Positions 50,501 to 63,719 of a DNA stretch of 64,000 nt are shown here, piece by piece (the first letter of the stretch is position 1; each line of letters starts with the position of its first letter). Source of the DNA: Mobula hypostoma (taxonomy: Eukaryota). A program made the position numbers and the translations under genes. Location: NCBI RefSeq assembly GCF_963921235.1, contig NC_086097.1, positions 77,378,001 through 77,442,000 on the forward strand. The letters run 5' to 3'. Under the pieces are notes generated by a model. That model was not told where the DNA came from, did no database searches, and worked only from the letters and a program-made list of their open reading frames with translations.

Positions 50501-52090
50501 TTGATTTTTGCCCTGGATTTGCCAGTCTGCCACTTTTACTTTTCACCTTACTACTTTTTGCTTCTACCCTCATTTTACACCCCTCTGTCTCTCTGCACTG
50601 GTTCCCATCCCCCTGTTGTGAACTAACCTCCTCTCTCCTAGTCTCTTTAATTTGATTCCCACCCTCCCCCCCCCAACCATTCTCGTTTAAAGTCACCTCA
50701 GTAGCCCTCGCAAATCTCCCCGCCAGGATATTGGTTCCCCTAGGATTCAAGTGTAGCCTGTCCTTTTTGTACAGGTCACACCTGCACCAAAAGAGGTCCC
50801 GATGATCCAAAAACTTGAATCCCTGCCCCCTGCTCCAATCCCTCAGCCACGCATTTATCCTCCACTTCATTGTATTCCTACTCTCACTGTCGCTTGGCAC
50901 AGGCAGCAATCCTGAGATTACTACCTTTGTGGTCCTTTTTCTCAACTCCCATCCTAACTCCCTATATTCTCCTTTCAGGACCTCTTCCCTTTTCCTACCT
51001 ATGTCATTGGTACCTATATGTACCATGACCTCTGGCTCCCCACCCTCCCACTTCAGGATATCTTGGACATGATCAGAAATATCCTGGACCCTGGCACCAG
51101 GGAGGCAAACTACCATCTGGGTCTCTGGACTGCGTCCACAGAATCACCTATCTGACCCCCTTACTATCGAGTCCCCTATCACAACTGCCCTCCTCTTCCT
51201 TTCCCTACCCTTCTGAGCTACAGGACCAGACTCTTTGCTGGAGGCGTGGCTACTGTCGCTTCCCCCAGGTAAGCTGTCGCCCCCAACAGTACTCAAACAG
51301 GAGTACCTATTGTCAAGGGGCACAGCCACCGGGGTACTCTCTATTACCTGACTCTTCCTCTTCCCCCTCCTAACCGTGACCCACTTGTCTGCCTCCCGTG
51401 GCCCTGGTGTGACCACCTGCCTGTAACTCCTCTCTATCAACTCCTCACTCCCCCTGACCAGACGAAGGTCATCGAGCTGCAGCTCCAGTTCCCTAACGCG
51501 GTCCCTTAGGAGCTGCATCTCGGCGCAGCTGGCGCAGATGTGGACGTCCGGGAGGCTTGGAGACTCCAGGGCCTCCCACATCCGGCACCGAGAACAACAA
51601 ATTGCCCTCACACTCATACTGTCCCTCTCCTCAAATAACAAAAAAAATGAATACCAAACCTTCCTCGCGTCGCCCGTTTCTGCCTAAGCCTGTTGAGCCG
51701 AAGCCCTTAAGCCTTCACTCTGCTCCTGGCTCACTCCACAGCCCGCAAACTCCACTGCCCTCTGTATGAGGCTCTGTTCCTTTTAAATCTTCCACGCTTC
51801 ACTGCCCGATGTCACACGCCTGCGCAGTCCCGCCTCTCTGAACATCGATGGAAAAAAACCCGAAAAATACAAAAACGGCTTCCTCCGCACTCCCGCTCCG
51901 ACTCTCAGACTTCCTTCTTCAAATTAAACCTGAAGCAGGATTTCTGTCCTTTTAAATCTTCCGCGCTTCACTGCCCGACGTCACACGCCTGCGCAGTCCA
52001 GCCTCTCTGAACGCCGATGGAAAAAAACCCGAAAAATTCAAAAATGGCTTCCTCCGCACTTTCGCTCCGATTCTCAGACTTCCTTCTTCG
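47549..52090 (-). mobile_element. Near full-length CR1 LINE with duplicated 5' end
   Basis: ORF1 from 51641 (CSRC..CASC, RVRELELQLDDL, VIGDSIVRG); ORF2 pieces in 49917-51116, 48929-49999, 48160-48831, 47620-48132; (atagaaac)n tail. Confidence 0.96.
51777..52090 (-). promoter_or_regulatory. Tandem 169-bp monomers at the CR1 5' end (candidate internal promoter)
   Basis: TTTTAAATCTTCC at 51781 and 51950; CpG-rich; YY1-like AAAATGGC, TGACGTC, TGCGCAGGCG and TTTAAAA motifs. Confidence 0.6.
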
Positions 52091-55000
52091 AATCATTGAC
52101 ATATAATGTAAAACAATTGGCCCCAACACAGACTCTTGTGGAATACCACTAGTCACCAGCAGCCAGAAACTAAAGGCTCCCTTTATTCCAACTCTTTGCC
52201 TCCTGCCAATCAGCCACTGCTTTATCCATGCTTGAATCTTTCTTGTAATACCATGGTCCTGTACCTTGTTAAGCAGCCTTATGTGTGATATCTTGTTAAA
52301 GGCCTTCTGAAAATCTAAGTACACAACATCAACTGATTCTCCTTTGTATATCCTGCTTGTTATTTCTTCAAAGAATTCCAACAGATTTGTCAGGCAAGAT
52401 TTTCCCTTGCTTACTATGGCCTATTTTATCATGTGCTTACAAAGACAAGATCTCGTCTTAATAATTGACTCCAATATCTTCCCAACCACTGAGGTCAGAC
52501 TAACTGACCTATAATTTCCGTTCTTCTGCCTCTCTCCCTTCTTGAAGAGTGAAGTGACATTTGCAATTTTCCAGCCTTCCAGAACGGTTCCGGAATCTAG
52601 TGAATCTTGTAAGATCATTACTAATGCTTCCTTGATCTCTTCAACCACATCTTTCAGAACCCTGGTGTGTACACCATCTGGTCCTGGTGATTTATCTACC
52701 TTCAGACCTTTCAGTTTCTCAATAGCCTTCTCTCTAGTTATGGTAACGTCACATTCTTCATTACTCCTGGCATCTGGAACTTCCACCATACAACTAGTGT
52801 CCTTCACCACGAAGGCTGCTACAAAATACGTATTCAGTTCATCCACCATTTCATTGTCCACCATTACTACCTCTCCAGCATCATTTTCTAGCAGTCTGAT
52901 ATCCACTCTCACCTTTCATTCACACTTTATGTATCTGAAGACACTTTTGGTATCCTCTTTAATATTATTGGCCGGTTTACTTTTGTATTCCATCTCAACC
53001 TTCTTAATGACTTTTTTAGTTGCCTTCTGTTGGTTTTTAAAAGCTTCCCAATCCTCTAACATCCCACTAGTTTTTGCTCTATTAATCAGCCTATCTTTGG
53101 CTTTTAACATCCAGACATAACCAGTGTTGTTCAAACCAGTCTGTGAAGTCCTTAAGCAGCAGGAACTTAGAGAGAATCTGACGTGGCCCTCCAGAATCAC
53201 CCACAGAGGAGGCAGCTCTGCATATATCCAGCATCTTGGAATGTTTGCCATTGGAGAGAGGGACCAGAGGAGTCCAGCGCGCAACTACCGTGAGAGAGGA
53301 TCCTTGCAGGAGGCCCTTCCCTCTGAGGTTGCACTATTGTGTGTGTGTGTTGTCATGAAGCAGACACACTGACTCACAATGATTTCTATAGGTCTCAGCT
53401 GCAAGATTCTTCTTTCTAGACACTCTACAAAGAAGGACTGGATTTGTCCAGAGCACACAGGTAGACTTCACCACCCTCTCTGCAAAAATGCACACTTAGG
53501 CTGAATTGCACCTCACGCTTTTTTCCCTCCTGATGCAATGGGCGATTTGATGTCTCAGCACACACTGTGGTCACCCCTCTCAATCTGATGAGCTTACTAA
53601 ACTGCAGGTGACACTGTATGGGGGAGGAGGATATCACACTCCTCACGTGGATTGTGTAGCTGTCCCAAGCTATGAACTCTTGGGGTCAGTTGCAAGCTTA
53701 ATCCACCTGTTACTGCGGAAGGCACTTGCCCCACGTTCCACTGCAACCACTTACTGTACATTAGGTGAGGAAATGATGAATATAGCAACAGCCATAGCCA
53801 TTCCATAGTCCGGTCTACCCCTTTGCTCGCAGTGCAGAAAAGCACAGAAGGCATCTAACCTCATGATATCAAAGTTCCTTTCAATGATGCATGCCTAATG
53901 ACATAGACTATGGCTTCCCTTACAGGTGGGAAGCACAGAACAATTATCCTAATAGAGTGGTTTAATTAATCCCATGCTAGCAAATGCATAACAAAAAAAT
54001 GTATCAGAACTCCTGCCCATTGGCAAGACCCCCAGACAGCTCTCAGAGCTATAGGAAATTAAAATAGCACAATCCTCCCCCAGTGGGTTCCGGCACTGTT
54101 AGACTGGAATCTGTCTGATGGCAGAACAAACAAAAGTAATGAGACCCACTTCAAACTTTAGGTTGAAATCATGATATGACTAACTAACATAATGCAATTT
54201 GTTTCAAACCCTGCTATGCAGATCTGCCTTACTTTCAGAGATATCCTGTATTAGAGTCAAAAAGACGTCATAATAACGTTTCTGAAATCTTTTCTGAGAT
54301 GAAAATGGCAAACTATTCCACTTTTAGACAATATATTCAGATATATCCCTGAGGGTTGACTGGTGAAGACAGCAATATGCCGGGTAGGAACATAACTAAT
54401 TTCAGCTTTAAGTCTCCTTGATAGTAAAATGTTAACCAAGTACTAACATATGTTAACACTGCAAGCTTCAGTTCAAAGTCAACAAGGCTAGAGATTAAAG
54501 TAAGCAACAACTAAAATCAAAGCCTAATATATTTGCCAATAACTAAAATGGACTCAAAGCCTAAATTTTCTATCACTGAAAATGGTAGAGACCAAAGAAT
54601 TGAATTCTTGGAGTCTGGCTAACGTATGAGAACTCTTAGACAGTTCACATTAAAACAAAACATCTGATCTAAAGCCAAGTGGGTGGCAACAAGGATGTAT
54701 TCTTAATTCAATTTGCTGTTCAATCTTCTGAAATTGTAGCGGGGAGCACATCAATCTCTCTGGTAATGAGCAGAAAGCTGTGATGTTGAAATATATTAGC
54801 ATATATCAATATTTATAATACCTCAAACCTGGAAATTTAAATCAGATCATTGACAGATTAACCAAACTGCTATGCTCACAGAGCGCTGCATTTTTCCTCT
54901 CATTTGTTACTTCCTATGTTGGAATTTCGAACACCATCACCAAGCATTTCCTAAAATAGCTGCAAGCTGCCTTAGTCAAATGGGAAGTGCACTTCAGAAA

Positions 55001-55990
55001 CTCTAAAGGGCCAGAAGTTCATCGACATGGGGAAAAGCACTGTAAATTGTTGGGCACAGTGGGACAAGACATGATCTTTCCTTAACTCATGACGCCACTG
55101 CTTCAGAATTTGATTGCACACAAACACAAGGCATAAGGTGGAACAAATGAGCCTTATATGCTGAACTTGGCCAACTTGCTCAGTCACTGAAGGAACAGGG
55201 AAGGGAAACTGGGACATCAAGGAAGAGCTTGTCATATTATGAGGCAGAGCAAATGGCTGCTGGGGTTGGATCAGAATGGGCACGGGGGTCATCAATAGCT
55301 ATGAGCCGATTGCATCAAATGAATCCTTGTATATAAAGGGTAATATTTTAGCTTAAAGCTGTCCTACCAGAGGTCAGTTCCTATTGTGGAGTTCCATTGG
55401 TTGAGTTCTTATCTGGGAACTTGTTTTAAGATACACCAGGCCTCATGTGTCCAGTAAACCTAGTTCTGCATTAAGGGTTACATCTACACTGGAGAGTGAA
55501 AATCGCTTGAGGTGTCCAGATGTGTATGGAATGATGTCGGATGCCATTGACCGGGGCTGGTTCTTTGGTGTGTTGGGCATTGGCTGCATCGGGTACTGGC
55601 AGGAAAATCACGCAGTCAGTCCCTGATTTTTCTACTATAATTATTTTCTTGTTAAAAGAAATCAGCCATGTTGTCTTCAAAATATTGCTGCATGTGTTAG
55701 AATTCCTCACACTCCCTCTCTGTTAAAATTTGATATACTTTTAAAAGAGGAAGCTCAGTGTAGCCTGACAATCCACACATCTCATTAAGTGGGTGAACTG
55801 AAGCAGAGGACATACTGCAAGGGAACAGATTCTTTGGACCAACTGGTTCACAACAACGAAGGCTGACATCTAAGATAGACCCGTTTGCCTGCATTTGGCC
55901 CACATCCCTTTCAATCTTTCCTGTCCAAGTATCCTTTTAAAGATTGTTAATATACCTGTCTGAATCACTTCCCCTGGCAGCTCATTCCAT

Positions 55991-56298
55991 TGTTACGTAC
56001 CCTGTAACTGGGTTGCCAAACCAGCAGAAATGGAATGCTCATTGGAGTCTGGATTACTAGGAACTAATGAAGTTTTATTAAAGAAATAAGTAATACAGTA
56101 CACTAATCGTAAGGCTATAAATGTAACAGGTTAGCAATGATAATACACACATATACACAGAACTAGAGTAATAGGAATCAACCAAGCTCTATTGCAGTCT
56201 AGGGGTAAAATGATCAGTCTTAAGTGAAGCAGAGTTCAGTTCAGTTTAGTGCAGTTCGAAGTAGTCGCTGTTGTTGTACCATTGGAGAGAGAGAGAGA

Positions 56299-56329
<31 letters not shown>

Positions 56330-56823
56330 TGAGAGATGCAGTTGGTTTCAGGCAGACCTTCTGATGTCTTCTAATCCCGCTGTGGTCACCGACTGTGACC
56401 CTTCCGTTCCGGATACAATCGTTCTTCCGCGGTGAACCCGGTACCCAGGCAAGGGCAGACACACACCCCAGGTTCCCACCGATTGTACCTTTACACCCTG
56501 TGAGCCTCTGATCGGTTTCCGTGAACCGGTCCTCCAAACTCCTACCAACTTGTGGGGGCACACTGCTCTTTCCAGGGTCTCATGGCGTGTCGTGCCTTAG
56601 CAAACCTGTTCTTTTTATCCCCATGCTGGGGTATCACCTGTCCACCAAACTTCAAACAGTTCAGGTTCAAAGCAACCGGTCTGTCAATATCTGAATTGTG
56701 TTTCTTTCTTGTTAATCTCTCTCTTCTCTCTTATTAGCATTTTGAATGTTTCTCCATTGTCTTCCGTTATCTCTCTCATTAGCATCATCCATCTGGTAGC
56801 TCTGCTTGGCGTCACACATGACA
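55991..56823. mobile_element. Solo LTR (833 bp), Gypsy-like
   Basis: TGTTA...TGACA termini; perfect 4-bp TSD CCAT (55987-55990 and 56824-56827). Confidence 0.85.
56285..56336 (+). repeat. (GA)n microsatellite within the LTR
   Basis: Direct reading; two GT interruptions. Confidence 0.95.
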
Positions 56824-58754
56824 CCATATACTGAGTGAAAAAGTTGGCTCTCAGGTCTCTTGCCCCTTTTCCCTCTCACCTAAAAGCTATACCCTCAGGT
56901 TCTTGATTCCTATCCCAGGAAAAGACTGTGCACATGCTTTATATCTATGCCCCTCCTGATTTTATACACCTCTGCAAAAATAACCTCTCATTTCCCTATG
57001 CTCCAATGAAGAAGTTCCAACCTATTCATTCTCTCTTTCTGTAACTCAGCCCCTTGAGAACCAGCAACACCCAATCGTCTCTGCACTTATTCCAGCTAAA
57101 AAGCATATTTCTTATTACAGGGTGACCAAAACTGAATATAGTATTTCAAACACAGCTTTTCACATTGAAACTTGATTTATAAGCAAAAGTATCTTTGGAG
57201 CTCTTTGGCTCTTCTTCAACCTACAACAGTGACAGGAGCAGAATAGTTAACAAGGACATCAGCAGGTCACATTAAAAATGATGTCGATGCAAATCACAAA
57301 CTCCCATGCATAGTCTAATGAAGGGAAGTATTTGGCGAGTGAGGTCTTTACTCTTTTCCAATTTGGATGCCCTTCACTGGCTCATAAACAGGGGTCTTTT
57401 CACCCTAGCATTAGTTAGTCTGGAAGGGAAATGAGCCACCATTCACACAAGGGCCAAATAAGCTTGCAAAATGCAAATGGTGAATGGAACATTTATATAT
57501 TACATAGGGAGAAAACGGTTTACTTTTCTGGCAGTTACAAATGAGCATATATTTGCAATGTTTATATAAATTGGATCCATTAATCTATCATGATATTTTC
57601 CTTGTTTTAATATATTTGCTTTAGAAGCCATGTGGAACTTTGTGAAACAAAACTTATGATTGAAGAATACATAATTGCTTCTGAACAAGCTCACTGAAAC
57701 GATGGTTAGGGTTATTTTGGGGAGAGGATAAAATAGGCGTTAATAGAAACAGTGCAAATGTTTGCAAGTCTGCTTTAACACACCCTTTGAACATAATTGC
57801 AGATTAATATAATTTCAACACCATTTTTTCAATGAGTCATATCGTCCTGGACCAAGCCCACTTCTCAAGCTCCTACCTCCAGTTCCTGCCCACCAGTTTG
57901 CTTTTCCTGAAGGCAGAGAGGCCAGTGACTTGATTCTTCATACACAGCAGATGAGGTAGCGTGGGCACCAAGTGGTGAAAGGTCTCAGATACTGTAAAAC
58001 TGTGACCGCCCCCCGCCCCCGAGCAATAGATCTCCCATCCCTCCTGTCCAAATAGCCTGATAATTCCAAGCAGCTGCCAGGAAGGAAGAATAACTAGTTT
58101 CCCTTATGAACTAAAGAACCAAATTAAAACATGTTTAAAGACTGACAATTGGTTAAAACATTAATAAAAATGTGATGTCACGAGGACTTGCCTTTTTTCA
58201 CAAGCTAAGTTCTAACAATGGAGTTGCTATTTATACACTGGCCCTTCCCTAGTGAAAACTGAGGACTAGATATCTGCTGCACCCTGACCTCTGTCCAGTG
58301 CATCGCTGTACTCAGATCTGAGTCCACTGGTAGAATGGACAGTCCAGTACGCTGACATTTAACCTCCAGCTCATCTCATATCTACTCAGGCACCCAAGAC
58401 CTACTGAAGTACAAATGACTGACAGAAGAAAATTCCTTCTGGAACCCCTGACCATCTTTTAGCATGATTCCAGCGATGTGCATGTGGCCAGCGAGCACTG
58501 CTATCAAGGCCAGTGTTTGCTGCCCAACCCTCTTTGCTCCTCACAAGATGTTACCGAGTGTCACATTCCATGCAGTGAAGGAGTTTTCAGGGACAGTGAT
58601 TGTCGCTTTGAATACTGCAAAAACAAGTGAAGTAATTTCATTTCAGAGAATATTGTGACTTGGAAGTTACTTGCAAGTGGAGGTGTTCATATGTCCTTCT
58701 CGTTGGTGGTGGAAGTGTAATAAGTGCAGTATATCTTGTAGATGCAACACTGAG

Positions 58755-58960
58755 CGCCATAGAAAGTCATTCCTGCCTGTGGCCATCAAACTTTACAACT
58801 CCTCCCTTGGAGGGTCAGACACCCTGAGCCAATAGGCTGGTCCTGGACTTATTTCCCGGCACAATTTACATATTACTATTTAATTATTTATGGTGCAACT
58901 GTAAGGAAAACCAATTTCCCTCGGGATCAATAAAGTATGACTGTGACTATGACTATGACT
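58755..58960 (+). mobile_element. Rex1/Babar 3' end, heavily 5'-truncated
   Basis: KSFLPVAIKLYN C-terminus, aatttccctcgggatcaataaagt and an (atgact)n tail. Confidence 0.8.
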
Positions 58961-59689
58961 TGATAATACATGCACCAGTCATAAGGTTTCTGTGGTGGAC
59001 AGAGTGAATTTTCAAGGTGTGGTGGGGCTGCCATCGAAGCAGATCTTTTTCACCCTACATTGTATTGAGTTCCTATTCTTTCAATGAGGCAAGTGCAGAG
59101 TGTTCCACTATGTGATGGAAGAGATTGGGGGTGTCTCTGGCCACAGTATTAAAATGGCAAACAAGTTAAGTTTTGAGTCGATGAAGATGACAGATTGTTG
59201 AAATGGTGTGGTAGGCAGAGTAACGCTGGCCAGTTTCAAGAAGTGGTAATTAATTTTTCTTGAGCTAGATTCTCAAATGGAAACAGAACACACTTGAAAG
59301 AGTTGAAAGAGAAACCATTAAATGGTTTTCAAGCTGAATTGACAAGAATTCCAGATCTGAAACAAATCCGAATCTGTTTCTTTCTGCACAAACGCTGTTG
59401 CAGCAATTTCCAATTTCTGTTTTTATTTCTTGTGTCAAAGAAAATGCTTATTGCTTGGATATATTTGTTCCATGTCACAAATATTACTTGTCACTTACCA
59501 ACTAAACCTGGACATTGCCTGAATCTTTCTGCATGTTGTCAGGGACTGCATCATTTTTCTGAGGGGATGCAAATAGAGTTGCCCTTGCAAATAATTAATG
59601 GATATCCCCACCTCTCACCTTATGGTAGAAGGGATGATGAGGAAGGAACGGCTGAAAATGCCTCTCCATCTAGCACATGGTACTCTACC

Positions 59690-60672
59690 CTCTTCACCAT
59701 CATGAGATGCTGCCTCAAGAAGGTGGCATCCATCTTTAAAGACCCTCACTATCTGGGACACATAATACTATCATTCGGGGGGAAGTACAGTGTCTGAAGA
59801 CCCACACTCAGTGCTTTAGCAATACCTTCTTTGGTATTGTTATTGATATTGGTTTATTATTTTCACATGTACTGAGATACAGTGTAAAATTTGCCTTGCA
59901 TATTGTTTATACAGATAAAGTCATTCCACAATGCATTGAGCTAGAATAAGGTAAAACAATGACAATACAGAATAAAGTGTAAAAGCTACCCAAAGAGTGC
60001 AGTGCAGGCAAATGATAAAGTGCAAGGGTATAACAAGGTAGATTGTGAGGCCAAGAGTCCATCCTATTGCACAAGAATCATTTTCAGGAGTCTGATAAAG
60101 AGTGCCATAGAAGGTGTCCTTCAGCTTAGTGGTAGGTGCTTTCAGGCGTTTGTATCTTTTGCCTGATGGGAGGGGGGAAAGAGGGAACGCCCAGGGTGGG
60201 TGGTCTCTTTGATTATGCTAACTGCTTTACTAAGGCAGCAAGAAGTATAGACAGAGTCCATACAGAACAAAGTGGTTCCTGCGATGAGCTGAGCTGTGTC
60301 CACAACTCTCTGCAGTTTCTGACAGTCATGTGCAAAGTAGTTGCTATACCAAGCCATTATGCATCCAGACAGAATGCTTTCTATGGTACATTGGTAAAAA
60401 TTGGTAAGAGTCAAGTGGAACATACCAAATTTCCTTATACTCCTGACAAAGTGGAGGCATTGGTGAACTTTCTTGGCCATGATATCAATGCGTTTGGACC
60501 ATCACCCTGCCGTCAGATTTCTGAACGGTTCATGAACACTATCTCCTTATCTGACTTTTGAACTATTTATTTACTTTTGCAACTCCTAGTAATTGTTATG
60601 CCTCACACTGATCTGCTGCTGCAAAACAACAAAATTCACAATTTACGTCAGTGATAATAAACTTGATTCTGA
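59690..60672. mobile_element. Rex1 3' fragment (+) split by an antisense Rex1 fragment (about 59833-60503, -)
   Basis: CLKKVASIFKDPH on + breaks at ..taccttctt and resumes ccctgccgtcagatttctg; minus ORF 60142-60480 FYQCTIESILSGCIMAWY. Confidence 0.75.
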
Positions 60673-61207
60673 AGTAATAATAATGCGCAGTTGAAGGAGA
60701 GTTTCCTAAGGTGTAGGAGAAGATTTGTCTTTTGGAGGGTGATGTCATGGTTTCTGATATGGATCAATACAGACAGACTGTTGATGAGATCATTTACATT
60801 TTCCCTTCTGTTCTTTCCCTTACTGCAGCTTTGGACAGTTCAATATTCAAACAATTTTCATAGTCTCTCTCCACCCAGACTTAGTGAGATTACATGGTTT
60901 GTTGGCTAACACACAGTGGCTATTTCACACGATTGCGGTCGATGGCAATAGGATAGTTTCATGTATATAGCACCAGAGGTCCTTATGAATGGGCTCCAGA
61001 AGAGGTGAGCTGTCACAGAGACATACAATAGCGGATCAGGCCCTTCAGCTCAAGATCCACCAAGAGACAAAATATCATCTAATACCTTAGGAAACCCCTC
61101 CTTGAACTGCATGATATTACTATGTCAGAATCAGGTTTTTTTGTACTGACATATTGTTTTTATTTTCAGTTCAATTCAAGACACCCATCTGCAGTATTCC
61201 TACATTA

Positions 61208-61321
61208 ACAAACAAGAGAAAATCTGCAGATGCTGGAAACCCAAGCAACACACACAGAATGCTGGAGGATCTCAGTAGGCCAGGCAGTATCTATGAAAAA
61301 GAGTACAGTCGACATTTTGGG
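61208..61321 (-). mobile_element. Penelope-like terminal-repeat 3' fragment
   Basis: aaatctgcagatgctggaaacccaagcaacac..cagtcgacattttggg; breaks off inside the hammerhead core. Confidence 0.7.
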
Positions 61322-61625
61322 TACTCTGGAGGTCATGATTTAATCCCAATCCTACATTAACCCCACTGAGTCTCCCCATTTTCTCATCACCTCCTCTCAG
61401 ATCTGCATACATACTAGAGGTAAATTATTGTAGTCAATTAAGCATGAATCTGGACTATCTTTGGCATTCAGGAGGAAACGAGATTCCCTGGGAGGAACCG
61501 ATGTGCTCACAGAATATTTGCAAACTTGAACCAGATGGTTCTGCAAGTCAGGATTGACACTGCTGTAAGACAGCAGTTCTACCAGCAGAATTACTGTGCC
61601 ACCACAAATTGCTTTCTGCCCTTTA

Positions 61626-62944
61626 CGACGCATCTGGTTAGTAGTAACAGGATTGGTCCGAGTCAGCATGGATTTACGAAGGAGAAATCGTGCTTGACTA
61701 ATCTTCTGGAATTTTTTGAGGATGTAACTATGAAAATGGACAAGGCAGAGCCAGTGGATGTAGTGTACCTGGGCTTTCAGAAAGCCTTTGATGAAGTCCC
61801 ACATAGGAGATTAGTGGGCAAAATTAGGCCACATGGTATTGGGGGCAGAGTACTGACATGGATTGAAAATTGGCTGGCTGACAGAAAACAAAGAGTAGCG
61901 ATTAACGAGTCCCTTTCGGAATGGCAGGCGGTGACCAGTGGGGTACCGCAGGGTTCAGTGCTGGGACCGCAGCTGATTACAATATATATTAATGATTTAG
62001 ATGAGGGAATTAATAGTAACATTAGCAAATTTGCCGATGACACAAAGCTGGGAGGCAGTGTGAAATGTAAGGAGGATGTTATGAGAACACAGGGTGACTT
62101 GGACAGGCTGGGTGAGTGGGCAGATGCAGTTTAATGTGGATAAATGTGAGGTTATCCACTTTGGTGGTAAGAATGGGAAGGCAGATTATTATCTAAATGG
62201 AGTCAAGTTAGGAAAAGGGGAAGCACAACGAGATCTAGGTGTTCTTGTGCATCAGTCACTGAAAGCAAGCATGCAAGTACAGCAGGCAGTGAAAAAAGCT
62301 AATGGCATGCTGGCCTTCATAACAAGGGGAATTGAGTATAAGAGCAAAGAGGTCCTTCTGCAGCTGTACAGGGCCCTGGTGAGACCACACCTGGAGTACT
62401 GTGTGCAGTTTTGGTCTCCAAATTTGAGGAAGGACATTCTTGCTATTGAGGGAGTGCAGCGTAGGTTCACAAGGTTAATTCCCGGGATGGCAGGACTGTC
62501 ATATGTCGAAAAATTGGAGCGGCTGGGCATGTATACTTTGGAATTTAGAAGGCTGAGAGGGGATCTTATTGAAACATGTAAGATTATTAAGGGATTGGAC
62601 TCACTGGAGGCAGGAAACATGTTCCCACTGATGGGTGAGTCCAGAACCAGAGGCCATAGTTTAAGAATTAGGGGTAGACCATCTAGAATGGAGTTGAGGA
62701 AAAACTTTTTCACCCAGAGAGTGGCGGATATATGGAATGCTCTGCCCCAGAAGGGTGTGGAGGCCAAGTCTGTGGATGCTTTCAAGAAAGAGATGGATAG
62801 AGCTCTTAAAGATAGCGGAATCAAAGGTTATGGGGATAAGGCAGGAACTGGATACCGATAGTGGATGATCAGCCATGATCACAGTGAATGGTGGTGCTGG
62901 CTTGAAGGGCTGAATAGCCTACTCCTGCACCTATTGTCTATTGT
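61626..62944 (+). mobile_element. 5'-truncated young CR1 (RT plus 3' end), same family as 19246-22332
   Basis: ORFs 61526-62134 (QHGF, KFADD) and 62094-62861 joined by one short deletion; (ctattgt)n tail. Confidence 0.95.
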
Positions 62945-63719
62945 GCATCGTTGCTTCTCTGATCCCACTTCCAACTTCACCCCTCGAAGCATCTAATTCC
63001 GCCTTATTAGTCTGCAGAAAAAATGGGAAGTTTACATGAGATTCATGAAATAAACACCCTGTTTCTTCTTGTTCAGATCCAGAACATTTACTCACACTTT
63101 TTAAGTGAAATGTGCAGATGACTTCCTGGATAATTATCAGTGTTGGTTAAGCCTAAAGTTCCCCAGAAGTCCTCTAACATGGTTTAAAATCGTCATCAAA
63201 TCTGGAGCATAGAGTGCTAAAGGATAACCATTCTCTAAACAGGCCTCAAAATGTCAACAATGACCTGTTCAGTCTTAATCAGTGATTAAGAACAGGTATT
63301 AGGACAAGCACAAACAATCAAAATGCCATGAAGCATGATGAATGAATCAGCAGGCAAGCAGCCACTGCGTGAATGGGTATCCTACATTGAACATGAGCTA
63401 CATTTTTGCAATTAGTTGCCTCATTGTCTCAGCTACTTCAGAGGACAGCAGCCAAAATACCTGTAGAAATGTGCCACAACATGCAATTTCTCCAAGTGCA
63501 AGCCTTGAGGAAATTGAATTCTCTAATTAATTGGGAGAAATAAAAAACTTACTTGCAAGCCGACAAGCCTTTAAAGTAGTTTTATTTGGTTCCGTATGCT
63601 TCTTTCACTATGAGTGATCTCCATATGTTGCAATTTACTATCAATATCTGTTTAGAAGTTTAAGAGTTGGGGGCGGAGGGAGAAACATTTGGTCATTTGG
63701 TTCATGATGGAAGCTTCTC

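Larger units (their letters stand above)
46585..53107 (-). mobile_element. Decayed 5'-truncated CR1 (46585-47548 plus 52091-53107) split by a younger CR1
   Basis: RT pieces 52421-52912 and 51968-52381 continue at IDGFIAKFADD (about 47548) and 46726-47016. Confidence 0.9.
55820..57150 (-). mobile_element. Old CR1 3' fragment split by a solo LTR
   Basis: CR1 3' UTR and C-terminal similarity on both sides of 55991-56823. Confidence 0.7.

Noticed and set aside
53580..53620. CTGATGAG hammerhead-like start
   Set aside because: No stem II or GAAA follows
55450..55630. CpG-containing open frame on the minus strand
   Set aside because: Weak splice signals; more likely an old DNA-transposon relic; unassigned
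59294..59797. 167-aa ORF
   Set aside because: Chance read-through of several unrelated repeat fragments ending in Rex1 sequence
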